Both the position numbers and the translations under genes were made by a program. A stretch of 59,947 nt of DNA from Longimicrobiales bacterium (GTDB lineage Bacteria; Gemmatimonadota; Gemmatimonadetes; Longimicrobiales; Gaopeijiaceae), in NCBI GenBank assembly GCA_965197725.1, contig CBDANQ010000021.1:1-59947 (forward strand), in the 5' to 3' direction. The stretch's first letter is position 1. Every line of letters starts with the position of its first letter. The notes under the pieces are model-generated. The model had not been told where the DNA came from. It was given only the letters and a program-made list of their open reading frames with translations, and searched no databases. Positions 20,261 to 30,267 of the stretch are shown here, piece after piece.

Positions 20261-21876
20261 TGGCCATCGAGGGCGCGCTCCAGGACGTCAGCCTCGCTGA
20301 CATCTGCCAACTGCTGGGCATGGGAATGAAGACCGGGTGCCTGAGCATCACGGACCGGTCGAACTTCGGGTACATCTACTTCAAGAAGGGTCGGGTCATC
20401 CACGCTTCCGTGCTCAAACGCCCGGATCGCTTGGGTGAACTGCTGGTCCGGAACCACATCATCACGCGGAAGGACCTTTCGGCCGCCATGGAGCGGCAGG
20501 CGCTCGAGAAGGGGAAGCGCCTCGGTGAGCTCTTGGTAGAGCAGGAGAGCATCACCGAAGAGAAGCTCCAGACGTACATCCAGATGCAGATCGAGGAGGC
20601 GGTGTACCACCTCTTCACCTGGCACCAGGGCTCATTCCACTTCGACACCGATCAGGCGCCTGACGAGGAGGGAATCTTCCTGGTCAACGTGCCGCCCGAG
20701 GCGCTGCTCATGGAGGGTGCCCGGCGCGTCGATGAGTGGAGTCAAGTCGAGAAGAAGATCCCGTCGTTCGACGTGGTCTTTCAGCTTGACAAGCATCCCG
20801 ACGAGGCTGACGAAGACGTCGAGCTGACCAAGGATCAGAAGAAGATTCTGCCGTTCGTGGACGGCGTACGCACGGTCGATGAAGTCATGAACGAGGCGGG
20901 TCTGGTCGAGTTCGAGACCGGAAAGGCGCTGTACGGTCTCATCCTGGCGGGCTTCGTCAGCCGAGCCGGCGAGCGAAGCACGGAGGAGGAGACCGGGGGC
21001 GACGAGGCGCTGCAACAGCACCTCAACGTGGGCATCGCCTTCTACCGCTCGGGCATGTTGGAAGATGCCGCGCGCGAGTTCGAGCAGGCACTCGAGATCG
21101 ACCCCAAGCAGGCGCGCGCGAACTTCATGCTCGGGCTGATGGCGTTTCGGCAAGGAAGGCTCGAGGATGCGGTCCAGTGCTTCGGCTCGATGCCCGCATT
21201 GCGCGACAGCTATGCGGTGCAGCGCAACCAGGCCCTCTCTCTGGAGCTTCTTGGGCGCTACGACGAAGCGCTCGAGGCGCTCGACGCCGCCTCGTTGGCG
21301 AAGCCGGATGACCACTACGTGCATCTCGCCCGCGGCATTCTGCACCTGAAGGCTCGGGATGCGGCTCGGTCGCTCGACTCTCTGCGCCAGTACCGGACCT
21401 CGGCGACCGTGAGCAAGCCGTCGGCGGCGTACTATTCCTACACCGTGCTCGCGTCTGCCGTCGCGGGCGACCTGGACTACGCGGTAGCCGTGGGCCGCGA
21501 GGGCATGGGGCTCTACCCCGAGTCTGCCCCGATCCTAGTGAATACAGGGGTTGTTCTCGAGCGCAGGGGTGAGGTCGAGGCGGCGGAGGCGCTCTACAAG
21601 CGCGCGGTCGCGGTGGACCCGCCACCTCCCCAGGCGCACAAGAACCTCGGTGACCAGGCATACGCGCACGGAGACTACGACGGGGCCCGGATCCAGTACG
21701 AGAAAGCGGTGAAGTTGTCGCCGCGGCTCGGAGACGATGTCTATCTGCGATTGGGCACGATGGCGTTCAAGGACAACGACCGGGACGTCGCGCTTCTCCT
21801 CTGGCGTCGCGCGTCGGACCTCAATCCGCACAACGAGGCAGTGAGCACCAATCTGGAGTTGCTGTCTGGCGAGTGA
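20260..21876 (+). CDS. DUF4388 + MshEN-like + TPR repeat protein
   Basis: MAIEGALQDVSLADICQLL..KTGCL (DUF4388-like), two RLGELLV...Q repeats, LLMEGARRVDEW, multiple TPRs. Confidence 0.85.
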   Translation: MAIEGALQDVSLADICQLLGMGMKTGCLSITDRSNFGYIYFKKGRVIHASVLKRPDRLGELLVRNHIITRKDLSAAMERQALEKGKRLGELLVEQESITEEKLQTYIQMQIEEAVYHLFTWHQGSFHFDTDQAPDEEGIFLVNVPPEALLMEGARRVDEWSQVEKKIPSFDVVFQLDKHPDEADEDVELTKDQKKILPFVDGVRTVDEVMNEAGLVEFETGKALYGLILAGFVSRAGERSTEEETGGDEALQQHLNVGIAFYRSGMLEDAAREFEQALEIDPKQARANFMLGLMAFRQGRLEDAVQCFGSMPALRDSYAVQRNQALSLELLGRYDEALEALDAASLAKPDDHYVHLARGILHLKARDAARSLDSLRQYRTSATVSKPSAAYYSYTVLASAVAGDLDYAVAVGREGMGLYPESAPILVNTGVVLERRGEVEAAEALYKRAVAVDPPPPQAHKNLGDQAYAHGDYDGARIQYEKAVKLSPRLGDDVYLRLGTMAFKDNDRDVALLLWRRASDLNPHNEAVSTNLELLSGE

Positions 21877-22880
21877 GTCTGCGCTCACTTCCCGCCGCAC
21901 GAGCGGCCCTCGTCGCCGCTCTCTTCTTCCCCCTTGGTGGGGGCACGCAGGAAGTTCCCGATTCGCTCGACGGCGAGCGGTACTCGCGGCTCGAGGGCGT
22001 GCGCGTGGATGTGTATCACGCACAGCGGGATTCACGGGTCGCGCGTGAGGTCCTGGAGTTCCTCGACGAACAGAGGTCGCTGCCCGGCCTTCCCGATTCC
22101 GCGCCCGACCAGGTTCGCGCAGTCTTGGCGCACACGTCCGCGGCCTTCGACGAGCTGACCGGAGGGGTGGTGCCGGAGTGGCGGGCGGGCGTGGCGATCC
22201 CGAGTCGACGGATGTTGGTTGTGCCCACGCGTGGGGGACCCAGTGTGCTCAGCACCGAAGGGCGCCGCACACTCAGGCACGAATGGGCTCACCTCGGACT
22301 CTCCTCGGAGCTGGAGGGGCTGCGCGCGCCACGCTGGTTCAACGAAGGGTACGCCCAGTGGGCCTCGGGTGGCTTCGATGCCACCGAGGTGTGGCGGCTC
22401 CGGGTGCTGCTAGCGCTGGGTCGTACCCCGCCGATGGATTCGTTGGAATTGCGATGGCCATCCGGCCGAACGCAGGCGGAGCTCGCATACCTACTCTCCG
22501 CGAGCGCGATTACCTACCTCCTCGCCGGCAGCGGTGACCGGGGACTCGCGGTCTTCATCGAGCGCTGGAAGGGCCTTCGTTCCTTTGAGAGGGCGTTCCG
22601 CTCGACGTTCGGCGTAACAACCGCCCAATTCGAGGAGGACTGGAAGAAGCACATCAGGAAACGGTACGGGTGGCTGTTCGTGCTCAGTCATTCCACGGTT
22701 TTCTGGATGCTTCTGGCACTGGTCGTGCTCGTCATGGTACACGTGCGTCAGGGCCGCAACCGTGAGCACCTGGCGCGCCTGCGAGCTGGGGAACTGCCCG
22801 ACGAGCCGGCGTTCTGGATCGACGATCCGGACGAGGGCGGATCCGGAGACAGCCCTCCTGGGGTAGAAGCGGAACCATGA
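21873..22880 (+). CDS. Peptidase MA-like zinc metalloprotease, membrane anchored
   Basis: Signal peptide, HEWAH...WFNEGYA gluzincin motif, C-terminal TM. Confidence 0.8.
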   Translation: MSLRSLPAARAALVAALFFPLGGGTQEVPDSLDGERYSRLEGVRVDVYHAQRDSRVAREVLEFLDEQRSLPGLPDSAPDQVRAVLAHTSAAFDELTGGVVPEWRAGVAIPSRRMLVVPTRGGPSVLSTEGRRTLRHEWAHLGLSSELEGLRAPRWFNEGYAQWASGGFDATEVWRLRVLLALGRTPPMDSLELRWPSGRTQAELAYLLSASAITYLLAGSGDRGLAVFIERWKGLRSFERAFRSTFGVTTAQFEEDWKKHIRKRYGWLFVLSHSTVFWMLLALVVLVMVHVRQGRNREHLARLRAGELPDEPAFWIDDPDEGGSGDSPPGVEAEP

Positions 22881-24199
22881 GTCAACGAATACTGGTCGTC
22901 GACGACGACGCCGATGCGCTCGAGGTCTACAAGACCCGACTGACGCATGCGGGGTTCGAGGTCGAAACCGCCGAGAGCGCTGAAAAGGCCCTTGCGCGTG
23001 TGAAGGCCTTCGACCCGGCGCTCATCGTGACGGACGTGCGCATGTCCGGCATGAGTGGCCTCGACCTCCTCGACAAGGTGCAGGGTGCGATGGAGGGGGT
23101 CGACGTCGTCGTGATGACCGGCCACGACGACATGGAGACGGCGATCACGGCCATGAAGTCCGGCGCTTTCGACTTTCTGGTCAAGCCGGTCGATCCGAAG
23201 GCTCTGCAAGGGCTCGCCGAGCGTTGCTTCCGGGAGCAGGAGCTCGCGGTGCAAGCCGCGGACGACAACGTCGCTCCCGAGACCGAAGCCCTGCCACGGG
23301 GGCAGCTCATCGGGCGGGACGCGCGTATGATCGAGATCTACAAGACGATCGGGGTGCTGGCCCGAAACCGGGCCACCGTGCTCATTCGCGGTGAGACCGG
23401 CACGGGGAAGGAAGTGATCGCTCGGGCGATCCACGAGCACTCGGTGCACGCCGAGCAGCCGTTCATCGCCGTGAACTGCACCGCGTTGACCGACACGCTG
23501 CTCGAGTCCGAGCTGTTCGGTCACGTAAAGGGTGCGTTCACCGGAGCGGTCGGCACCAGAAAGGGATACTTCGAGCTCGCGGGGGAGGGCACCATCTTCC
23601 TCGACGAGATCGGGGACACCAGCCCCGAGTTTCAGACGAAGCTGCTGCGCGTGTTGCAGGAGCGGCGCTACTACCCGGTGGGTGGGGAGCAGCCGCGCAC
23701 GACCGAGGCGCGGGTGATCGCGGCGACACATCGGCCGGTCGAGCAGCTGATCGAGCAAGGGCGCTTTCGCGAGGACCTCTACTTCCGCCTCAGGGTCATC
23801 GAAATCGCGGTGCCTCCGCTCCGGGAGCGTCCCGGAGATATCGAGCTCGTGGCGAATGCGCTGCTCAGCCGCATCCGCGAGGAGACGTATCGGGACATCC
23901 GGCGTATCTCCGACGAAGCGATCGAGCGGCTTCTGTCGTACGATTGGCCCGGCAACGTTCGCGAGCTCCAGAATGCTCTCATGAGAGCGGCGATCGTCGC
24001 GCGGGGAACGGTCATCGGGTCGGACCATCTCGTGCTGGGACAGGAGATGCGACGCGCGGACGGAGACCTGTCTCTGGACCGTGCGATCCGGCGTCACGTG
24101 AGGCATGTCGTGGACCTCCTCGATGGTGACGAGACGTCGGCCGCGCAGCGACTCGGGATCAGCAAGAAGGCACTGAAGGAGCACCTGGCGAGCGATTGA
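22877..24199 (+). CDS. Sigma54-dependent response regulator (NtrC family)
   Basis: Receiver domain (VDDD, D, KP), GETGTGKE, ESELFGH..GAFTGA, WPGNVREL, Fis-like HTH. Confidence 0.93.
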   Translation: MSQRILVVDDDADALEVYKTRLTHAGFEVETAESAEKALARVKAFDPALIVTDVRMSGMSGLDLLDKVQGAMEGVDVVVMTGHDDMETAITAMKSGAFDFLVKPVDPKALQGLAERCFREQELAVQAADDNVAPETEALPRGQLIGRDARMIEIYKTIGVLARNRATVLIRGETGTGKEVIARAIHEHSVHAEQPFIAVNCTALTDTLLESELFGHVKGAFTGAVGTRKGYFELAGEGTIFLDEIGDTSPEFQTKLLRVLQERRYYPVGGEQPRTTEARVIAATHRPVEQLIEQGRFREDLYFRLRVIEIAVPPLRERPGDIELVANALLSRIREETYRDIRRISDEAIERLLSYDWPGNVRELQNALMRAAIVARGTVIGSDHLVLGQEMRRADGDLSLDRAIRRHVRHVVDLLDGDETSAAQRLGISKKALKEHLASD

Positions 24200-24231
24200 C
24201 CCGATCGGCTCGCTCGGATAGCGTTACCGCC

Positions 24232-24429
24232 ATGGCGAAGAAGAGGAAGAACGCAGCCACGCGGTCTGCGCCCCTGAAGTTCACGAAGGTGAACGCGATG
24301 CTGGGCGGGGCCGGAATCGCGTGCTTGGCACTCGGCTATGCGCTGCTCGCCCAGGGATCGATCACCGCGGCGCCGCTGCTGCTCGTGTTTGCCTACGTGG
24401 TCCTGCTGCCGATGGCGATCATCAAATAG
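24232..24429 (+). CDS. Small two-TM membrane protein (DUF3098-like)
   Basis: Basic N-terminus plus two hydrophobic helices, APLLLV..YVVLLP. Confidence 0.65.
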   Translation: MAKKRKNAATRSAPLKFTKVNAMLGGAGIACLALGYALLAQGSITAAPLLLVFAYVVLLPMAIIK

Positions 24430-24626
24430 GTCGCGCTCGCGCAGAGTGTGCAGCCGCGCTCCGACGTGGACGCGAGCATCACATTTCCAGCTCGAAGTCA
24501 CATCGACGGTCACGTCCGGCGGTCCGGAGCCCAGCGCCTCGAGCGCGCGTCGATGCCCTGCCTTCACCAACGGTCGAGTAGCCACCGCCAGATTCCCTGG
24601 CGTGCGCGTCTTCGTGGAAGGCGTGG

Positions 24627-25163
24627 CTAGAACCTGACCGAGAACCCGAGTGCAAGCCGACTGTCACGCTGCGGGGTGAGGCTCACCCGCAGTCGCTCGA
24701 GGGGCACCTCCTCCCAGCGGTAGGACGTTATCAAGGCGCCCACTCCAGCCCCGAGGAGCGTACCCGCGGCGCCACCAAGGAGAAGTCCCAGCGCTGCAAA
24801 CCCTACCTGGTCGCAAGACCAAGCCCCGCAGAAGTCATACCACGCAGCGCCAAGGAACACTCCGGCGGCGAGACCCCCAAAACTCCCAACCAGGGCTCCC
24901 TTCCCTAAGCGCCTTTGCCGTCCCCGGTGCACATCCAGCCTCGTGAGGGAAGCCAGTGGACATTCGGTCGTGAGGAAGACGAGCATGTCACCACGGAACG
25001 CCTGATATGTTCTCGCCTGCTCGCGAAGCCCGCAGTCAGGGGCCGTCACCCTTACCCGAGCGCCGGGCTGCAGTGGCTCCTGTGCTGCCATCTCGGTCGG
25101 AGGACCGAAGATGCAGATGAGTGCAACGGCCACCGAGTGTATAGGAGCCGGATCCGTTCTCAC
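24627..25163 (-). CDS. Hypothetical exported protein with glycine-zipper TM helices
   Basis: Signal peptide ending AAQ, GARVRVT, GALVG...GAGVGA; GTG overlaps the upstream TAG. Confidence 0.7.
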   Translation of the reverse strand: MRTDPAPIHSVAVALICIFGPPTEMAAQEPLQPGARVRVTAPDCGLREQARTYQAFRGDMLVFLTTECPLASLTRLDVHRGRQRRLGKGALVGSFGGLAAGVFLGAAWYDFCGAWSCDQVGFAALGLLLGGAAGTLLGAGVGALITSYRWEEVPLERLRVSLTPQRDSRLALGFSVRF

Positions 25164-26870
25164 TATAGCCCCACGGCGCCCAGGATCTCGTCCATGCGGG
25201 GATCGCGGCTCAGCTCCTCCCACCAGAAGTTGTGTCGGACGAAGACCACGGCGCCGGTGCGGGCCTCGACGGCTCGTTCCAGCCGCTCGACCGCCTCGTC
25301 GATACGACCGAGGGCGATGAGGACGCCGATGAAGTCGAAATGGAGGCTGTGTTCCGGGCTGGTCCGCTCCAGCTCCTCGAGCTCCGCAAGGTACCCCAGC
25401 GCCTCCTCCGTCTGGCCCGCCCGCGCGAAGATGCGCTCTACGGAGCCCAGGCCCCCCACACCTCCGGGCGTCAACGCACGATAACGCAGGACCTCTTCGA
25501 TGGCCCGGTCGTGTTCTCCCAGGAGGTCGTAGGCGAAGGCACGCCCCTCGATGGCGGTGCGGAAGGTGGGCTCGATTTCGAGTGCGCGATCGTAGTGGAT
25601 CAGGCTTTCCCTGGGCCTTCCCGCGCAGAGGTTCGCGCGACCCAGACCCTCCAGGGCGAACAGCGAGAGCGGGTCGAGCGACGCGGCGACCTGTGCGGTT
25701 TCGAGAAACTCGTCGAAGTGCCCCGAGGCCATGTAGCAGTGGCCGGCCCAGTGGCGCGCTTCCACGGATCCCGGGTTCATTTCGATGGCACGCTCCAGGC
25801 AGTTCCGGGCCGCCGCCAGGTCCCAGTCGTAGAAGAGCCTCACCAGCCCCAGCGACACGTGACCCATGGCGATCTCCGGATCTAGCTCGATGGCGCGCTG
25901 GGCGGCCTCGTGTGCGGCGGGGTAGGCCTCTTGGCTGGGGAGTCGGCCCTGGGCCCCGAGGTGGACGTAGCAGCGAGCGACCCCGGTGTGGGCGAGGGCG
26001 AAGTCCGGGTCCAGCGCCAGGGCATCGCGGAAATGGCGGAGCGCCTCCTGAGTCGTATTCGGCGTCCACTGGTTCCAGCAGTGCAGACCCCGGAGGTATC
26101 GGCTGTAGGCCTCGGTGCTCTCGGTGGGCTTGCGCACCGTGGTCGGCGTCTGCGCTCCCGCAACGGGCAACAGGACGCGCAACTCCCGCGCGATGGTGTG
26201 GGCGATCTCGTCCTGGACCGCAAAGATGTCCTCGAGCACCCGGTCGTAGCTGTTGCTGAAGAGGTGGTAGCCGTCGGCGGTGTCGATGAGCTGCGCGGTG
26301 ATGCGCAGGCGGTTCCCCGCTTTGCGGACGCTGCCCTCGAGCACGGCCCCGACGCTCAGCGTCCGGCCGATCTCCCGAACGTCCTCGTGCTTCCCCTTGA
26401 AGACGAAGGACGACGTGCGCGCGGTCACCTTCAGGTCGTCGAACTTGACCAGCGCGTTGAGAATCTCCTCGGTGATCCCGTCGGTGAAATATTCGTTCTC
26501 GAGGTCCGAGCTCACATTGACGAAGGGGAGCACTGCGATGGCCTTCTGGGCGCGGTCTCCGCTGGACGACAGATCGGCGGGCGAAGGAACTGCGAGCGCG
26601 GACACGGCCACGGCGTGGATGCCCAGAGGCGTCTTGACGTTCTTGAGCTCGAAGTCCCCCAGGGCTCTCGTGGGAAGGCGGGGATGGTTCTTGAGCTCCT
26701 CGTAGACCCCGCCCGAGATGAGCACCGATCCCGGAACCGCAAGCCCCTGCACGCGGGCGGCCACGTTGACACCGTCGCCGTACACGCCGTCCTGGTCGTG
26801 GACGATGTCGCCGATATGGACGCCGACCCGGACGGGGATGGGGGGGGGGGCCAGCTGGAAGCGACGCTGG
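25163..26870 (-). pseudogene. Adenylate/guanylate cyclase + TolB-like + TPR protein, N-terminally truncated
   Basis: RVGVHIGDI..DVYGDGVNVAARV-like cyclase C-half, IAVLPFVN..DGITEEI, TPRs; cyclase N-half absent. Confidence 0.8.
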
Positions 26871-27705
26871 CGACGTCGATCGACTTGTCCGGTGTCTCGA
26901 GGCCCACGAGGGTGGCATGCGACGACATCCTGAAGATTCCGAAGTGGCCGGAGGAAGCCGATATCGGCGTCAGGAATGACACCTCATTCTTCCAAATCAC
27001 GGTTCGGCGCATGTTGAAGCCCCAGACCTGCGGTCCTGATCCGGCGTAGCGCAAGGATCTGAAGGGGATGACCATCTCGAAGGTCCACCCTTGGTCGAAT
27101 CGCCCCGCCCTTACCTCCCATACCGGGTTCCAGTCCGTGTTCGGGTTGCCCTCGTCCGTGACTTCCAAGTCGCGCAACACCCCGAGTGGATTTGTCTGAA
27201 AGTAGAACCCGTTCCGGTTGTCATTGAACGTGTCGAAAACAATGGCGATGTTTTGGCCTTGGTTGATCTGGCGCCCATCGCGCCGCAACTCACTGGCCAC
27301 CATCCGTTCGGGTTGACTGTCCCAGGCGCGGGCGGAGACGTAGATGTTCCGGTCGTCGAAGAAGATCCACGCTTCGGTCTTCTCCGTGGCCGCCTCGCCC
27401 TCGAGCGGCAGCTGCTGGATGAAGTCGTCAGCCGGAGGCACCACGCCGTAGATGAGCTCGTCCAGCCGGCCGTCGGTACGCAGGGGCTCTTCCAAGCGAA
27501 TCGCCCGCAGCGTCACCCTCCCGTCGCTGTCACGCGTCAATGTCGGCTCGACGCTCCGAGCTGGAGCAGGAGGCGCCGGGTCGGTGGGGGGCGACGAGAT
27601 CTGGGCCAGACCGCGAGCGGGCATGAACGCCCAGCCAGCCGCGCATAGGAGCGTCGCCGCGAGGTGCGAGGGGACCCGCGCCTGGTGATTTCTGTAGGCT
27701 GGCAC
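26871..27705 (-). pseudogene. CBM9-like/DUF5916 exported protein, 5' portion only
   Basis: DGRLDE..Y, FIQQLP.EG..ATEKTE, FDTFND.RNGF.F.TNPLG, WTFEMVIPFRSLRY; family-like sequence stops at LVGLETPDKS. Confidence 0.75.
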
Positions 27706-28115
27706 GATTCGATGACGAGGGTGGTGTCGAAGGGGGCCATGTCGGGGTTCTCGACACTGAGCTGATCGGCTACCTAGACGGTGGTAACACCACCCTCCCC
27801 GAGCTCGAGCCCGATGCGGTCGCAGCCTTGAGGGTGGCGTGTCAGTGAGGTCGTTGGACATCACTATCCGGTCAGAGGCTCAGTAAGGCACAAAGGCAAG
27901 ATCCAAGCGGCAGCCGGGCGGCACAAGGAAGCGGGGGTGTCCGAACCCGTCCACGTACGGCGAGACGCGGCATGGGACCACGAACGAGAAGGGGAGGGGG
28001 TCGTTGCCGTGGCGGAGGCCGAGGGCCCGGTTTTCCGCTTTCTCCCCGCCGTTCCCGGCTTTGCTACGGCATCCCACCGTACGCCCAAGAGGCCCATACG
28101 GGGCGTTAGCGGACC

Positions 28116-28140
28116 CGAACTTACCCGCGAACCTACCCGT
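28116..28140. repeat. Putative integrase arm-type site repeats (left)
   Basis: AACTTACCCG and AACCTACCCG in tandem; same motif at 29992-30014. Confidence 0.55.
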
Positions 28141-28296
28141 TCTCACATCGCCTTCTACGGACGCTGGAGGAGGTGGTTCGTTCAACCCAACCAGTCCGAC
28201 ACGGTCGGCCTGGCTTCTTGTTCACATGGTCCGCGACGCCTAGGATTTCCGATCCCTCGGGAACGCTAACCGGCGCACACTGATGAAGGAGCATCC

Positions 28297-29154
28297 ATGT
28301 TTGAGAAAGTGCTAGTTTCCATGGTCCTCTCACCGGCTACCGAGGCCCTCGTATCGGCACTTCCTAGTTTGCGAGAGTTCGGTACTGAAGAGCTTACTCT
28401 TGTCCACGTAGCCAAGCCGTTCCGAGGTCCGACCTCCCAGTCGCTGGACCGCGTAAAGGAACTCCGCGCCCGTTTAGAAGGTCTAGCGGATCAACTGAGA
28501 GAAGTTGGGTTTTCCGTCACCGTTCACGTCCCGAGCGGCCCCCCGGCCGCAGAGGTCGTGAAAGCGGCGGAAACCAGAGATCCTGATGTCGTCCTGATGG
28601 GGTCTCGGAGTCGCACGTTAATCCGGGACGCCTTCATTGGTAGTGTGGCGTGGGACATTGTCCGATCAGCCGGCCGTCCCGTCCTCGTCCAGAGAATAGA
28701 ACCAAACCGCAAGGACCCCGAAGCGGCCTTGGAGACTCATGGATCGGGCCTTCCCCAGCACGTGGTCTATCCCACGGACTTCTCTGATACGGCAGACAGG
28801 GCCCTACCATGGCTACTGGGCCTAATCAAGGTTGGCGCGCCATCTTTCACTCTCCTTCACGTCATCCCCCCAGCGTCCGGGGAAGGAAGGAAGGAGGCCG
28901 AAAGCCGCTTGGAGGAGCTAGCCCGAGCGCTTCATGAGCGAGGGGCTAAAGACGTCAGCTGCCGGGTGCGAACCGGCACGGCCTACGAAGAGATCCTGAA
29001 CGCGGGCGGTAACAGGGTGGATGCGTTGGTCGTGATGGGCACGCACGGCAGGGGATTCCTCCCGGGCGTGGTGATGGGGAGCGTGGGCCGACAAGTGCTT
29101 CGCCGCGCCTCCGCTCGGGTTCTCCTCATCCCCCCGGAGAAGACGGAAGCCTAA
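28297..29154 (+). CDS. Universal stress protein, tandem USP domains
   Basis: MGSRSR...FIGSVA and MGTHGRG...MGSVG motifs, PTDFS; AAGGAG RBS. Confidence 0.9.
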   Translation: MFEKVLVSMVLSPATEALVSALPSLREFGTEELTLVHVAKPFRGPTSQSLDRVKELRARLEGLADQLREVGFSVTVHVPSGPPAAEVVKAAETRDPDVVLMGSRSRTLIRDAFIGSVAWDIVRSAGRPVLVQRIEPNRKDPEAALETHGSGLPQHVVYPTDFSDTADRALPWLLGLIKVGAPSFTLLHVIPPASGEGRKEAESRLEELARALHERGAKDVSCRVRTGTAYEEILNAGGNRVDALVVMGTHGRGFLPGVVMGSVGRQVLRRASARVLLIPPEKTEA

Positions 29155-29157
29155 GAG

Positions 29158-29985
29158 TTGCGAGTGCGACGCGGTGCTATCGAGGCCCACGGAGTTCATG
29201 TTCCCGAAGGAAAGCGAAGGCCCGTGCGAGCACGGTCCGTCGAGGTGAGCTGCCGGTGGCTTCGCTACGCCTTTAACTGGGCGACCCGGTGGCGGACCTC
29301 CGGCGGGTTCTACCTGATGCGCGAGAACCCCGTCCGTGGTTATGAGCTGCCGAGCGAAAAGAACCCTCGGCGCCCCGTGGCGAGCGCAGATAGGTATGAG
29401 GCGATCAGGATGGTCTCTGACGACGTGGCGATGAGGATCCGGTGGGGGAAGGCCCCGGAGCAGCGGAGCTACCTCTCCGAGATCTTGGACATCATCTACG
29501 GGAGCGGCCGACGCCTTTCCGCCGTTTGCGGGCTGAAGTACGAGGATCTGAGGCTACAGGAACCTCCGCACGGCGCGATCCGATGGCCGGCCGACACGGA
29601 CAAGATGGGCCGGGAGGCTGTTGTGCCGGTCAGCCCTGTCGTCCGTGCGGCGATCGACCGCGTTTTCCGGGAGCGGCCGGGGATCGGCCCCGAGCCCTTG
29701 TTCCCGTCGAGGGATGACCTACGGAAGCCGGTCTCACGACACGTCGTGGACGCTTGGCTCCGGAAGGCGGAGAAGCTAACGAGGCTGGAACCCCAAGAGG
29801 GCAGTCTATGGCACGCGTACCGGAGGGGATGGGCCACGGCCCGGAAGACCTTGCCCGTGCAGGATGTCGCGGCGGCCGGCGGTTGGAAGAGCCACGTTGT
29901 GGTCCGCGACATCTACACCCAGGCCGACGCCGAGACTATTTTGGACGTCGTCCTACACGTCGGCGAAGTGAGAGAGGCCCGGTGA
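29158..29985 (+). pseudogene. Tyrosine recombinase/integrase, N-terminally truncated
   Basis: Catalytic R (GRRLSAV), K (TDK), HxxR (WHAYRR), W (GGW), Y (DIY); begins 3 bp after the USP stop with no RBS. Confidence 0.8.
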
Positions 29986-29991
29986 TTCGCG

Positions 29992-30014
29992 TACTTACCC
30001 GCCGAACTTACCCG
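29992..30014. repeat. Putative integrase arm-type site repeats (right)
   Basis: ACTTACCCG twice, directly after the integrase stop. Confidence 0.55.
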
Positions 30015-30078
30015 CTGTATTGGACGGTGGTCGGCGGTGTCGGTGAAAACCCGCGCCGTAGCTGGAAGAAGTACCTCG

Positions 30079-30153
30079 GGGCGCTTAGCTCAGCTTGGTT
30101 AGAGCACCTGCCTTACAAGCAGGGGGTCGCTGGTTCGAGTCCGGCAGCGCCCA
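30079..30153 (+). tRNA. tRNA-Val(TAC), CCA not encoded
   Basis: GGGCGCT/AGCGCCC acceptor stem, CCTGC-CTTACAA-GCAGG anticodon arm, GGTTCGAGTCC T arm. Confidence 0.97.
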
Positions 30154-30267
30154 TTGAAACACAGGGGGTTTCGAGGGTTCGCGCTTTGGGGTGTCGGTTA
30201 CTCCCCTCCCGTCGCATCCCCGACAACGGTGCGCCGACGCTGGAGTGCGTGCCGCATCGCGTCCAGG

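Noticed and set aside
24627..26918. 763-aa ORF
   Set aside because: Only the last ~178 aa look protein-like; the rest is an Arg/Pro-rich shadow frame of the cyclase-TPR gene
27700..27716. TGGCACG as a sigma54 promoter
   Set aside because: No TTGC at the -12 spacing
27880..28185. 101-aa - strand ORF
   Set aside because: Crosses the putative att/arm region; only the last ~40 aa look protein-like and could not be assigned
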